Shown: positions 50,241-63,956 of the stretch, in pieces
Position numbering within the stretch: position 1 is the stretch's first letter
Layout: each line of letters opens with the position of its first letter
Source of the DNA: Amoeboaphelidium protococcarum X5
Lineage: Eukaryota > Fungi > Aphelidiomycota
NCBI GenBank assembly: GCA_023515725.1
Contig: JALDTO010000208.1
Span: 303,164 to 367,163 of the forward strand
Reading direction: 5' to 3'
Length of the DNA stretch: 64,000 nucleotides
Notes under the pieces: generated by a model
Databases searched by the model: none
Told to the model about the DNA's origin: nothing
What the model saw: the letters and a program-made list of their open reading frames with translations, nothing else
Program-made: the position numbers and the translations under genes

Positions 50241-52208
50241 ATGGTAATGACGCGGAGATAATTATAAAAAAGAGTCAACGCTGGAGACTCTATTGATAGT
50301 CAATTTGATACTCTTAATGAAAATGGAAATATTAGACTGTAAAGCAATAGTAGACAAGTTTAGCATGGCACAAAGGATGAAATGTCCGTTGATCTTCCAT
50401 ACACTAAAGCGAGACGGCCCACTTCAGCACTATCGAATACACCTTCTTTTAATGCGGATGATGGTGCGCGATTACGAAAGGATTTGCCTAATATTACATT
50501 GCTTATTATTTTGTACTTGCTTTAAGGTATACCGCTTGGACTCGCTCTTGGTACGCTCCCTTTCATGTTGAAGCGCCAATTGTCATTCGCCGAGATGGCA
50601 ATCTTCTCTCTATGCAGCTGGCCATACTCGCTCAAGTTACTCTGGTCTCCAATAGTTGACAGTTTTTATATCTAGTCCATCCGTGGCCGTTTTTCTAGTA
50701 AATTTGGGTTATGGTCATCAGTGTAATATTGGTTTGGGGGGAGGCGAAAGACGTGGATCATCCCTCTTTAACTGATTGTATCTGCATTTTTGTTTTGGCT
50801 GGCCAGGTAGTAAGAGCTATTGTCTAGTCTTATAGGAAATCGCTCAACTTCATCGTCTGATGCTTTGGACGCGTCTAATGTTATTGATGTTCAATTATTG
50901 ACAGGTGTATTCCTCCTTTTGGTATTTTTTAGTGCGACTCAAGATATTGCAGTTGATGGATGGTCTCTGACTTTGTTGCATAAGGAGAATCTACGGTGGG
51001 CGTCGGCGTGCTAGACTATCGGGCTCAATACTGGATACTTTCTAAGTTTTAGTGGTATTTTGTACTTGGTTTCCACTTATAATGTCAAGTACTCTGATCC
51101 GGAAATGACTGTTAATATGCTATCGAACTATTTAGCCTTCTGGGCTGTGTGCTTTATATCAGTCACCCTGTGGCTCATAGTGATGAAGCGGGAAGCTGAC
51201 TCTGTAGATGAGGCCGAGGGGGTTAGCACTTTGGGAATGATTAATGCTTATAAGGACGTGGTATCTATTCTTAAATTGCCCAACATGAGGATTCTTATTG
51301 TGGTCCTTTTGACATGTAAATTGCCATTTATCGGCGCAGAGACACTTGTACCATATCGACTGATTGACATGGGAGTGGGCGAAGAAACTCTGGCCAGTAT
51401 TGCCTTGTTCTGTTTCCCTCTGTAGTTGATCGTCGGATGGATTGGCGCCAAATGGAGTCAAGAACGAAAGCACAAGGGATAGTTGTATAGTTTGGTACAT
51501 CGCGACAGCAATATTGAGGGTGTTGACGCGCCATAAGATAGTGATGATACCGGCGAAGACGGGCAAGATCTTATGCCTGGCGAAGGTAGACTTCGACCGT
51601 GGTTGTATTCATATTACATACGGTTGCTGCTCGTTTTCTATGGAATGGCTTTGGTATATCTGTCCAAGTACGGTCTAACTAAAGTTGATGGTGATACTTC
51701 CACTGCTCATTTGGAAAACTGGTTCTATGGTATGATCGTTTTTGGCTCGATCGCTGGTACAGTTGTCAGCACTATCTAATTTGTCTCGATTGGTTCATTC
51801 TTTGCCACTATATCCGATCCTCTTATAGGTGGTACATATCTGACACTACTCAATACATTATCCAACTTTGGCGGTACGTGGCCTAGTTTCTTTGTGCTCA
51901 GAGCTGTCGATTTATTCACATCTAGCACATGTATACAACCTATCGATATGGATGCCACTTCTGCCAACTCAACAACATCTAGTTCCATCGCTGATTTTAG
52001 CCTACTGAGCTGCAATAATAAAGAAGCGAAAAACTTATGCATAGATGCTGGTGGAGAGTGTAACTACGGCATGGATGGCTTTTACGTGGTTAATCTTGTT
52101 TGCATAGTGCTCGGTGTTATGCTATTCGTCGCCTTTATCAGATCTCATATCCGTATGTTGGAGATTACCCCTATTGAAAGATGGCGCGTGTACAATGGTA
52201 AAAAGTGA
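50241..52208 (+). CDS. SLC33A1: Acetyl-CoA transporter 1 (MFS)
   Basis: LYLLQGIPLGL, WPYSLKLLWSPIVD, GRRKTWIIPLQ, ATQDIAVDGW, SDPLIGGTYLTLLNTLSNFGGTWP, DGFY. Confidence 0.93.
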
Positions 52209-52278
52209 TAATTTTATAAAATTGTAAATTTGATGCCAACATATTAGAACCTTTTTAGTATATAACATATATTTTGTC

Positions 52279-52659
52279 TCATCGTTTAGCCAGTAGCGCC
52301 AACCAGCCAGCAATATAACACAAGCCGCCAACAGGTGTAACAAGTCCCAGAAACTTCCATCCGGGATTAAGTGTCAGCAAGTAGATTGAACCACTAAAGA
52401 GTAAATTACCACAAGTGAAGAGGGCTGCAGATAAAGGACGCTAACTACCGCCTTACTGATACTGCGACGCGATCACAATCATGACTGAGTGAAGCAATTA
52501 ATAAGAGGCCGCAGTCGACCAGCCAGACAACTTCCTATCAACCACCGCGACATCCTTTGTCTACTTCATTAAACTCGTCCTCAGACCATGCGCTCCAAAC
52601 GCCCCAAGACCGACAGCCAACGCGCCGGAAATACAACCAATCTAATGGAAATTTAGCAT
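52279..52659 (-). CDS. TMEM256: DUF423/TMEM256 membrane protein
   Basis: GALAVGLGAFGAHGL...WSTAASYQLLHS...LFSGSIYLLTL...LGLVTPVGGLCYIAGW. Missed by the ORF track. Confidence 0.9.
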
Positions 52660-53358
52660 TGCTGCTTCACTTTGCTTGCGGATATAAAAATGCTTTTTGT
52701 CTTTTCTGATTTGCTGCAGAGTTCGCGCGATCCGTCACTCGTCACTTTCGTAATCTCACCTGTTAACCGACGTTTGCTTGTACGTTCTCTTTTCTTCAAC
52801 CGACCATGAAAAAAGGCAAAAAATAACGACAGAAACCATACCAGGATGTAATTATCTGGAATGACTAGTAATTTCAAGCGCACTTGCTGAATCTAATGCA
52901 GTGACAGCTTTGAATGCCAGTACGCGTATACGTTGATTATGATTATACTTTTGATAGGGACATCTGATTTACCATGATGTTAACACCGGACTAGATAGTA
53001 TCTGAATCAATGTTTCTTTCTCTCTTATATTCGTTTCTCACCTCATCTACCTACTTACTGAGCTCAACATTGATAACATTTTGAGTTTTCTATCAAATAA
53101 ACTACTTTCATGATTACTATTTTCATTCTAATTAAACTCAAAATTCTTTTCACTGAGGCTAGTCATAGCTATAATGCAATTTTCACGTCTTCCTAGGGTG
53201 CTCGCTCTCTCCAATCAAATGGTCGATGTTGTTGTTTTCGCCATTTGTAAAAGTGAAACGAAGTCTCTTTTGTTTCATCGTCTGACTTCAACAAAGCCAA
53301 GTCGGTACAGTAATAATTAGTAAAAGGTGGTAACCTTAAAGCATTATCATAACTGACA

Positions 53359-56300
53359 ATGGCATAAGTTGATTCTCGCAAAATTGCGGAGACTGTCCGT
53401 GTATTGAATGAACATGCTGTCAACCTACTGTCTGGCTTGTATAATTATGTTTACATCTTCAACGGGGATGGACCTGGCTGTGTGATAGACACTATGGTTC
53501 CAGAGGAGGTGTCGGCGCTCAATCGCAAGAGTGAACAACCACGTCTGTTTACAGAGCAACCTTATCAGGCTTTTGTGAAGCAAGTTCTGAAGAAGTTTCC
53601 TGACGTCCCTGATACTCACAAGGTACGTACTTGCTTTATCTACTGTTTATGTCTTATAATGTTTTGATATGTCTCTTACATTTGCGCTGTGATTGTAGAA
53701 CTCGTCTGCCCAGGCTCTGTAGACTGATGCTCGTCAGGTGCTGGCAGAAATCTAGCCAATATATCAATTGTTTGTGGATATTATGGAGTTTACTGAGGTA
53801 TCAATATCTTGTCTTCTAGTATGTGATCGTTTGGTTGGTTTGAATGTAAGTTTTATAATGTTTCTTGGCATGCTGCAACTCTTACCAATTCATAAATGTA
53901 TCTTAAAGAGTGTAGTGTTAATAGCATTTCAGATTGACGGATGGTATTCTCAAGTTGCTGTGCAATCTGGTTAGTGTTCACTTGTTGATGGGTAAGCTGG
54001 CGGATGAGAAGAAGGTTGTGGCGTCTGTATTCAACTTCTTGACTCAGTACTTGAGTCCAAGCAAGATGGGAGATATGAATTACGGACGTATGGCCTCGTT
54101 CTTCGCTGTGTATGACAAGCCAATCGTCGCCCTGTAAGAGTAGTTGAGTCCGATGACTCTTTGTCTAAGTACTCTGCTGCAGTCATCAATCACCGAGTAC
54201 ATGAAATATGGCCCAATGAGTATGGAGTAAATTAGGAAGGATGGTGTTTATGCATCCGGTATTAATGTAAAGTCTTTGACTGTAGATGAGGCCAAGATCC
54301 GTGTGATTCCTAGTTTTAATGACTTTAGTTATACCGTAGTCATTGGTTTGTTAGTCATTCCGGCCGAGTATTTGAAAACTTAAGCACTTAGTGATGCCCT
54401 GAAGTTTGTCCTATCTCAGAATATTGTGTTTGTAGTCTTTCGCTCTGAAGTGTTGAACATTGCCACTGAGATTGATGTGATTGTAAAGTCCAACAGCAAG
54501 TTGTCCAAGATTAAGTAGTTCATCAGCGAAGCACATGCGGAAGGATTGTACAAAGCTGTGTAGTTCCACTCTAGTCGTAGAGAGTATGTAAAGTTTGCAC
54601 TTAAGCAGTGGGTGCTCATTGTACAGGATTCTCCATTTGTGATTGGGTACAAGTTGCCAGTACTGTTGTCATTGATGAACTTGGCCAAGGAGGAGCTTGT
54701 GTGGTATTTTAACCATCATGATAAGACTGTGGGCTACAATCTGCCGAAATTTGCACCTAAAGCTCCTAATGTGCAGCAAGGAAATGACCCTAAGATTTTT
54801 GAATTGATGCACGCTCTCACCAAGTTGAAGAAGGTTTTGTTATCACAGCAGATGGTGGCGCAGGAATTCTATAGCAATCTGATGAATACTCATTATGGGC
54901 CTCTGATTGATAATCTGGTGCAAAAGTTGAAAGATACTTGTAAATTGGAGCCGACAATAGAGATGATTTTGTACTCTATTGCTGATAAAGTGCGAGACTC
55001 GAACATTTTGTTGACATTTGGCGATTTGAGATTAGACTATGAACGTTTGCTGGTTCATATTTATTCTGTGGAATCCTCTATCGATCCTAGATTGGTTCCA
55101 GATTTTATTGCATTGATGAATGAGATTGGCTACAGGACCAGGTTCATTGATGAGACTCAGAGCATTATTGATGAGAATTGCAATTTAAAGTTCTCCTATC
55201 ATTTCCGTTCATTGATTCAGGAACAAGTGAACGAGGTGCTGTCTTCCTATCCGGATATTGTCCTGTGTCTGAACTCTGTGTTTATTGCTTCCAGTGACTT
55301 TATCTTGAATGCGAATGGATATGTTCAGAAGGAAGTTGATCGCGTGTCTGCAAAGTCGAATGAGTGGATAAACATTTAATTGCAGAATATTTCTAGATCC
55401 GCAGCAGATTATTGCCAGGCTGTTATCAATTACCATGTGTCATTTGGTAATTAGACTCTGGACGAGAATGGTGTCATATTTGTGCCAGATAAGAGAGATA
55501 AAAAGACTTCCAAGAAGGCTGCGCAACAGCAGATAGTCAAGCCTGGATATGAAAGTGTTTTCAGAAATGCTGCATACATTGGAAGTATCCCTGTGTTACG
55601 CCTGGCTTTGATTAATTGTGTTGATGCTCTGACTGCTCTAGATTACTTTGCGGTGTTTGATCACTTGTACAGTCCGAGTGAGTACTTGAAGGATGCCATC
55701 ACAATGAAATTGCGTGCAATCTTAATGGCGGCTCCGTACATTCAGGCTGCCCCGACGAGTCCACACAAAGATGGCGCAGATGAACCTCCTTTCCAAATCA
55801 AGAGACCTTCATAATTTTTGAATGAGTTGAACGCCATCACTGATGTCATCTAGCGTTATTGTGGTCCTCAAGCTCATGGCATCATTCGCGATGTTCTCCT
55901 GGAGTAATTGGATTTGAATATGGCTAGAAAGTATTTCACTGACGTTGATATGAATGCTATCAAATCTCTACCAAAGAAGCCTTCTAAGAAACCTGTCCCA
56001 TTCACTGGTAATAGCGATGTTTAGTCTTTTATGGTAACCTACGTGAACTGGTATGTTGAGTATGTGAGAGACCGAGCCACGTACAATGTTGCAGTAGTCT
56101 CTGAGTTGAAAAAGTAGATTGTGAGCCACTCTTAGAGCACGTTCAAAGCCTAGTATTACACCGATCTAACCGAATTGATTGCTCTCTGCTAGATTATTGG
56201 ACCTTCAGGCGTGCGCATAATGGACGAGAGATTTTTGCATTTGATCTTCCATACGCTTAAGGATGTTAAAGAATACGTGAATGCTAATAGTGAGTTGCTC

Positions 56301-57113
56301 TTCCAACTATAGAAGAACTGGTTCATTGAAGGTAGATTCGATGACTTGGCAAAGAAATTCAAAGGTGTCGATGATGTGCTGTAAAAGTCTATCAACGTTG
56401 GTTTGGTACTTTTATTCCGTAAGAATCTGTATGAAGCTCTTGGTATTGCTTTCTCTAATAAGGCTGGTTTGGTTACATCTCTAGTAGGCAATGTGTATAA
56501 CAAGTACGATGTTAATGTATTCAACAATGCGGAGTATGCCGCATTGGACAATCTGGCCAACTTTATTGGAATTAATGATCGCGGAGACAATATGGTGAAG
56601 GTGGCGTTTAATATGCTGTGTAAGAATCAGATGACTGATCAGAAGCTTTTCTCTCTGCTGCCGTATCTGTTTGCTGTGGCATTCAAGTCTTTAGTTCCAG
56701 ATTTGCAGAGTAATTTCATTGTGCAACTTGAGGCGCTGGACAACAATGGGCACTGCTTGGCTTATACTGTAGATGTAATGCTGACGTACCTGATTGCTCT
56801 CACCAGTCCTAATGCTGAGAGTGGTTTTATCGCTCAGGTACATAGAGAATTTGTGCAGGTGAGTTCTGCAATGTTGATGAAGAATAAGGATTCTCTGCGT
56901 GCCGATGTTATCAGAGGCTTGTATTTGGTTGTAAGAAAGTTTTGCCAGTTGTCCAAGTACATATCTACCGATGTTCTGGAAGAGGTATTCCCTTACGCTA
57001 TTGCCAGAGCTGCTTTCGGAGATTTGGGTCGTAAGCAGGGCGCGTAGTAGAAAGTCAAAACGTCCAAGAACGCGCCGGCAAATACGAAGACTGAGGAAGA
57101 GGTGGCTCTGTGA
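53359..57113 (+). CDS. NCKAP1: Nck-associated protein 1 / Nap1 (HEM), SCAR/WAVE complex subunit; introns near the 5' end
   Basis: KIAETVRVLNEHAVNLLSGLY, VLKKFP, KEELVWYFNH, KPGYES, PSEYL, YTDLTELIALCQIIGPSGV, LDNNGHCLA, LEEVFPYAIAR. Confidence 0.88.
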
Positions 57114-57494
57114 TATGTTTACACTGGTATGTGTGTTTAGCGTTAACGTTTCGAGGAAGAGTTGGTATGAATGACGAGTGATTGTGAATTAATATATGAG
57201 ATGATTTTTATGAATGTAGTCCCGAACTTTTACATGTAAAGAGTTGTTTTGCCAGAATTGTTAGCACTTGAGTATTGTCGCCTTTTTTACTTGGCTTTAA
57301 GCGTCGCGGTTGCTCTTCAAAGCAATTTATCAATGAGAGAATTGACCAATCAGAGCGATCGACAAGATTTCCATTTTTGAGAATTCCCGCAGTCAATCAG
57401 AGACTTGAACTTGCTTTGACTTTTCAATTAGTAAAATTAATTTGCTTCAAATTTTGGAAATTCAATAGGCGCAATAAACTTTATAATAATAATT

Positions 57495-58568
57495 ATGGCC
57501 TCTGAGAATGAAATGAAGAATGGGAGCAGCGAATACAAGTATTTCAAAATTGACATGCATACTCATATTCTGCCAAAGCAATGGCCAGATTTGGAAAAGA
57601 GGTATGGATACAAAGGATGGATATCGCTGGACCATTCGCGATCTAAAGATGGCAAGACGGCAGATATGATGCTGGATGGAAAGAATTTCAGGACTATTGA
57701 TTGTAACTGCTGGTCGCCAGATGCGAGAATTGAGACGTGTCAGCAGACGAGCGTCAATGTCCAAGTCCTCAGTACAGTGCCCGTGATGTTTGGCTACTGG
57801 GCTAAGCCGGAGCACACTCTTGACTTGGCGCGTTATCTGAATGATCATATTGCATAAATTGTGGCAGAGTATCCGAAGAAGTTTGTCGGCCTGGGCACTC
57901 TACCAATGCAGGCTCCTCAGCTAGCCGTCCAGGAGTTGAAGCGATGTATGTAAGAGCTTGGTCTGAAAGGTGTTCAGATTGCATCTCATATCAATGATTG
58001 GAATCTGGACGCGCCGGAGCTTTATCCAATCTGGGAATGTGCGCAAGAACTCGGAGCTGCGATCTTTGTTCACCCTTGGGATATGGAGTAGAAGGGACGC
58101 ATGGAGAAGCACTGGTTCCCATGGTTAATTGGTATGCCGTGTGAGACAACCGTGGCCATTTGTTCCATGTTGATGGGCGGCGTGTTGGATAAGTTTCCAC
58201 GACTTAAAGTATGTTTTGCGCATGGCGGCGGATCTTTTGTCGGCACTCTAGGCAGGATTGAGCACGGATTTAATGTAAGACCGGATTTGTGTTAGACCAT
58301 GACTAAAGTGAATCCTGTGTAATAGCTTGGTAAAATCTATGTCGATTCCCTGGTTCATGACAAGGACACGTTGAGATTTTTGATAAAAAAGATGGGCATT
58401 GATAATATCGTGCTTGGCAGTGATGCTCCATTTGTTCTGGGTGAGCATCATCCTGGCAAAGACGTTGAGGAGATGGAAGATTTATCTGATGCTGATAAGC
58501 GCAAGATTCTATCAGAAAATGCTTGCAAATTTTTGGGTATAAGCATGGACGATTTTGTCGAAAATTGA
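57495..58568 (+). CDS. ACMSD: 2-amino-3-carboxymuconate-6-semialdehyde decarboxylase
   Basis: KIDMHTHILPKQWPDL, VQVLSTVPVMF, LGTLPMQAP, FVHPWDM, WLIGMPCET, FAHGGG, DSLVHD, LGSDAPFVLGE. Confidence 0.95.
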
Positions 58569-58630
58569 TTAGATTTATGAATTATACTTATACTATTCAA
58601 AACTATGTAATGATATTGATCATGTAGTAC

Positions 58631-59374
58631 TCATTTACGTTTCTTTACAGTGGGAGGACTAGTCTTCTTATTACCGCCACTCTTTGCGCGTTCTTACTGT
58701 TCAAGTTGAAGCAATTCTTCAGCTGCCTGTCTAGCTCTCTCATCTTTCAGACGGCGATCCTCTTCAGATAGTTCAGAGGCCAGTCTTCGTCGCTCAGCCA
58801 TATCTTGCTCCATCTCCTTCATCTACATCTCCTGCTCCCGCTACTTTTCAATCTATATCAATTTCGCAGCGTCTTGGAAGATACTCTCACCCCACTGAGG
58901 CTTCAATTGATTGGCTTCTAAAACAATCTCGCCACAATCCTCATTCAGAACCTGTTCAGCCATCTGGAATCTGTGCATAACATCTTCTCCTATCAAACCT
59001 TACTTGACCAACTGGCTCAGCGATTACTTTTGCGACTGCATATCCATCAACTACTGAACATTGTGCATCGTTCTACGCATCAGAGCCTGTGCCAGTGTAT
59101 TTCTAACAGTCGCCGGCGATTGACCATTTTATTACGATTATTACTACTACTCCGCCAACTACTTTAAGCGAACATACTCTTCCTTATGTTTATTATTCAC
59201 CGATGATGACCAAGTGTAATTAGCAACAACCGGATCCCACTAGCCTTACTTCACATTCGGTATGTTGACTTCTAAATTTCTGCGCTGAACCCAAGACAGA
59301 ACATAATATCCAATAACACACACCAAGCCAACGATTATAAACGGAGCGATAGCATCTACAGTTCCCTTTGCCAT
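58631..59374 (-). CDS. SEC66: Sec66/Sec71 subunit of the Sec63 translocation complex
   Basis: N-terminal TM helix, then LAQALMRR...LSQLVKQGLIGEDVMHRFQMAEQ...EANQLKPQWGESIFQDA, then a coiled-coil tail. Confidence 0.8.
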
Positions 59375-59623
59375 AATAAAAGTAGAATTTTTATTGTTAG
59401 GCCCAGTCGCAGTAATTTGGATTTAAATTTTCAAGGCGAAATGAAGAAAGAAGTAAGAGCTGCAAGTCGCGCAGGAAAAAGCATTGAATTCTTTTAAACG
59501 AGGGATCGTGTTTAAATACCTTAGTAGTGCATAATCATCAAAATCAGTATGAGTAATAGTATGCGATATATCCCAAATAATTGTATAGTTAGGATAAATA
59601 TTCTTGCGCGACAATTATCGTAA

Positions 59624-59980
59624 ATGAATACCATGTTAATGTAATAAAGTAATAGAAACACACACAGTCGACTTAGTAGAGCCATGATGGAGAAGATCAG
59701 ATCTGAGGGAGCCTGTGGATAATTATCTGTCTAAGAGCTGTCTGATAAATTCAAAGTGGATAGAGGCGCCATTGTGAAAATACTGAAATCAAGATACAAT
59801 CCCCATTAGATTGATGTGCTAAAGAGTGATATAAAGAGACTGGAAGAGAAGAGACGCGTCAATCCGCAGAAATGGAGTGACGGAAATGATCGATAGCTGG
59901 CTGAATTAGAGTCGGAGCTGAGGCAATCACTGCAGAGTGATCCCAATAAGGATATGAAACACCGATTCTTGACTGATTGA
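59624..59980 (+). CDS. Neugrin/Rrg9-like small protein
   Basis: RLSRAMMEKIRS...LSVQELSDKFKVDRGAIVKILKSRYNP resembles the Neugrin core (LAEQFKVSPEAIRRILKSKW). Confidence 0.65.
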
Positions 59981-60182
59981 ATAAAGTGGCGTTGTCTCTT
60001 TCCTATTGCAGACGTGTGTTGTATAAGTTTTGTTTCACTTTGTTGGCTGATTGCCGATTTCGCGTTTTGTTTCACTTTCAGCTTCTTTCTATCTCTACCT
60101 CGCGTTCAGTCACTACTGTAATAACAACAGTCTTAATCTATTTGACGTATATAATTTTACTTCTTGTTGATAATAATACAAT

Positions 60183-63100
60183 ATGACCAAATTGGTTCAA
60201 TTGGAGGTGCATAATTTCAAGTCTTACAAAGGGCATCATGTAGTTGGGCCCTTCGTCAAACCGTTCACCTGCATCATTGGTCCTAATGGAACAGGTAAGT
60301 TGAATCGATCATAACGCTTGAGCATAATATTGTCAATGTTATTGTTCAGTTTTGTAGGTAAATCTAACCTTATGGATGCTATAGGCTTTGTTCTGGGTGT
60401 TAATGCTGCTCAATTGAGATCTTCCTAATTGAAAGAGTTGATCTATCGTGGTGGTTCGGACGCTGGTAGTGATGTCGATCAGTGCTATGTTGCTGCCTTG
60501 TTTCAGTTGGACGATGGTTCTCAGATTGAGTTTAAACGTCTCATCAAACCAGATGGTGGTGCAAGTGAATACAAGATATATGGTGTCAGTGTGTCAATGG
60601 AAAAGTATTTGGAAGAGTTGGAGAAGCTGAATATTCTGTCCAAGGCGCGTAACTTTTTAGTGTTTCAAGGCGACGTTGAATCTCTGGCTTCTCAATCCTC
60701 CAAAGATTTGACGAATCTCATCGAGTAAATCAGTGGCTCTATTGAGTATAAGGAGGAATATGAAAGATTGAAGGCTGAGTAAGAGAAGGCCATCGAGGAT
60801 TCTACATTTAATTTTAACAAGAAGCGTGGTATTAATGCCGAAATGAAACAGTACAAGGAGTAGTTGGACGAGGCTAACAGATTCGCAAAGTTGTAGGATG
60901 AGAAGAGTCATCTCTTGAAGCTGTAAATACTGTGGAAACTGTACCATTTGGAGAAAGAGCAAGTTTCATTGAGTAAGCAGATGGCCCAGCAGGCTTCTTT
61001 GGTGAATTAGTAGCAAAAAGCGCGCGCTAAATTGGAGTCTGAACTGCTTGAGGCTAGAAAAGAACACGGTAAATTGCACAAGGAATCTTTAAAGTTGGAA
61101 AAGTCTCTCAACAAAAGATCGTCAGATGTCAATGGAGAATCGTCCAATTAGTTGAAGTTGAAAGAGTAGCTGGTGCACTCTCTGAAGAAACTGAAAACTC
61201 TACAAGATTCCAAAAGTCAATCTGAAGAGGAGCTCAAGAATCTTAATGCCAACATTGCAGAATTGTAAAAATAGTTAAATTCCGTCATCAAGGCAGCAGA
61301 TAGATTTGAAGAGTCGGCGCGCCGTAATGCAAGAAAGAGTGGAATGAATTTGACTGAGGACTAGTTGCAACAGTATACTCAAATTCGCGAACAAGTCGAC
61401 TTGGTGTGTGCCACGGAACTCTAGGAACTGGAGACTCTGTAACTGCAGTTCGATGTTGAGTGCGAACAACAGCAGCAAGTTGATTAACTAGTCCACCAAG
61501 CTGAGTCTCGTCTTGGTGATCTGAGGCATTAACTGAAAATCTGCAGGTAGAAAGTGGAAGATTTAAAAGGAAAGAAGTAGGAGTTTACAGAGGCCTATGC
61601 TGAAAAGACCAATTTGCAGAGAGCCAATGAATAGGAGAGACAGAAGTTGACCCAACAAGAGAAGGAGTTGGAGGAACGTCTGGCTGATGTTTACAACAAA
61701 TTGACTTAGGCAAAGTACGATCAGAAGGAGATGGAAAGGACAGCCAGATTCAAGGATTCCATAAACTCCCTGAAACGAATCTTCCCTGGTGTTAGAGGTC
61801 GTCTGGTTGATCTTGTTCAGCCAACTCATCGCAAATATGAACAGGCAATCACGGTTATTCTTGGTAAGAACGTGGATGCAGTGGTGGTTGATAATTCAGC
61901 AATAGCCATGGAATGTATTTAGTATCTGAAGGATTAGCGTGTTGGCTTGGCTACTTTTATTCCTTTGGACTCCGTGAAATCTAAGGCTATTGATGAGAAG
62001 TTTCGATCTCTGGGAAAAGGTACCCGTCTGTGTTTCGATGTGTTGAACTTTGACCGGAGTATAGTTAAAGCCATTGAGTATGCGTGTGGAAATACCGTGA
62101 TTTGTGATAATTTGGACGTGGCTCGTGATGTGTGCTTCCGCCAAGGTCATGGTGTGAAAGCTGTCACTATTGATGGGTCCATCATCCACAAATCAGGTAT
62201 GATGACTGGCGGTAGTTTACAGTCTTCCGGCAATAAAAGTTCTTTGTGGGAAGAGAAGGAGCTGGAGAATCTGTTCAAGGCTCGCGGTAAGTATGAGTCT
62301 GATTTGGAAGCTTTGGTAAAGTAAAAGAGAAAGCTGGCTCACGAAGACGACTTGAAAAACTAGATTGTATAGTTGTAAAGCAAGTTGTAGTTGGTCCAAG
62401 AAGATTTGGCTGTTCATGAGCGCAAGATGGCTGCTCTGATGGATGAAGTGTCTGTGCAAGAGAAGAGTCTTGACGAGAATGTCCGAACTTTGTAACAGCA
62501 TGAGTCATCTGTAGCTAAAATCAAAGATCAGATGGAGCGCCTGAATGCAGTTGTCATCTTAAAGGAAGCAGAGTCTTTTCAGTCATTGTGTTAGTCTTTG
62601 GGCATTGAGAATATAAGAGAGTACGAGGAGAATAACATCAAAGTCAATCGAGATATCGCTGACAAGAGAGTCGAGTTTGAGTCTTAGAAGACAAAGCTTC
62701 AGAGCGAGCTGAGCTTTTCAGAGATTTAGTTGCAGAAATTGAGCTCCAAGCTTGAGAGTACTAATGAGTAGATTGAAAAGGAAAGTACACGTCTTCAAGA
62801 ACTGGAGCTTAAAAGTAAAGATTTGCTAGCAGGCAAGAAGGATCGTGAGTAGCTAATTTAAAAGGAGAAGGCGCAATTGTCAGATATGAAAAAGTAGTCT
62901 CAAGCTCTTCTTGATCAGCTAAGTGTTCTAAAGAATGCCATGAATGCCTGCAGCAATGACCTTACTCAAATGCTAAAGGATGTGACGACTTGCGAAACTC
63001 GACTGGATTCTTTAGCTGCATCAAGATATGATTTGTTGAAGAAGTGCAAACTTGAGGAAATTGATATTCCTCTTCTTAATGGGTCGTTGGAGAACGTGCC

Positions 63101-63956
63101 GATGGATCTGACTGAGCGCGAAGGATCCAGCGCAATGCTGACGGATTCAATGTCAATTGAACCAGGAATGGAATCTCTACTTTCTAAGCCGTTGTCTACT
63201 GAGTAGTCCGTCGTGTCGATCTAAATTGATTATAGCGCTTTACCTGCAGAGATGAAACAGGATTCAACTGATGATGTTGAATTGAGTGTGCAGGACCGTT
63301 TGAAAGAAATAGGTGTTGAGATTGAAAGAATGGCGCCAAATTTGAAGGCCATTGATCGCATGGATGGAGTTGAGAACAGATTGAAGGAGACTGCAGAAGA
63401 ATTTGAATCCTCTAGACGCAAAGCCAAGGAGGTCCGTGATCAATTTCTAGCAGTTCGTCGCAGACGTATCGATCTATTCGTAAAGGCGTTTACTCACATC
63501 AGTGAATGTATTGACACGATATATAAGTAGCTGACCAAGAGCCGCAATCAGATGTCTGGTGGCACTGCTTATCTTACTCTGGAAAATACGGAAGAGCCAT
63601 ACTTGGATGGTGTCAAGTACCATGCAATGCCTCCAATGAAAAGATTCAGAGATATGGAACAGCTAAGTGGCGGCGAGAAGACCGTGGCCGCACTTGCTCT
63701 CCTATTTGCCATCCACTCTTATCATCCGGCTCCATTCTTTGTGTTGGATGAAGTCGACGCCGCGCTGGATAATGCCAATGTGTCCAAAGTGGCAAGTTAC
63801 ATTAAAGGTGCTGCCAATTAAGACTTTCAATTCATAGTCATCTCATTGAAGAATACGTTCTACGAAAAGTCCGAGGCTTTGGTAGGAATATGTCGCGACC
63901 AGGCTGCCAGATCCAGTCAAGTATTCACTCTCGACCTGTCCCAGTACGAAGAATGA
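60183..63956 (+). CDS. SMC1: Cohesin subunit SMC1; 1 intron (about 60295-60357)
   Basis: NFKSYKG, IIGPNGT|[21 protein letters not shown], hinge [54 protein letters not shown]. Confidence 0.97.

Noticed and set aside
58631-59374. Selenoprotein S-like protein
   Set aside because: The internal motifs match Sec66 and there is no evidence of TGA read-through.
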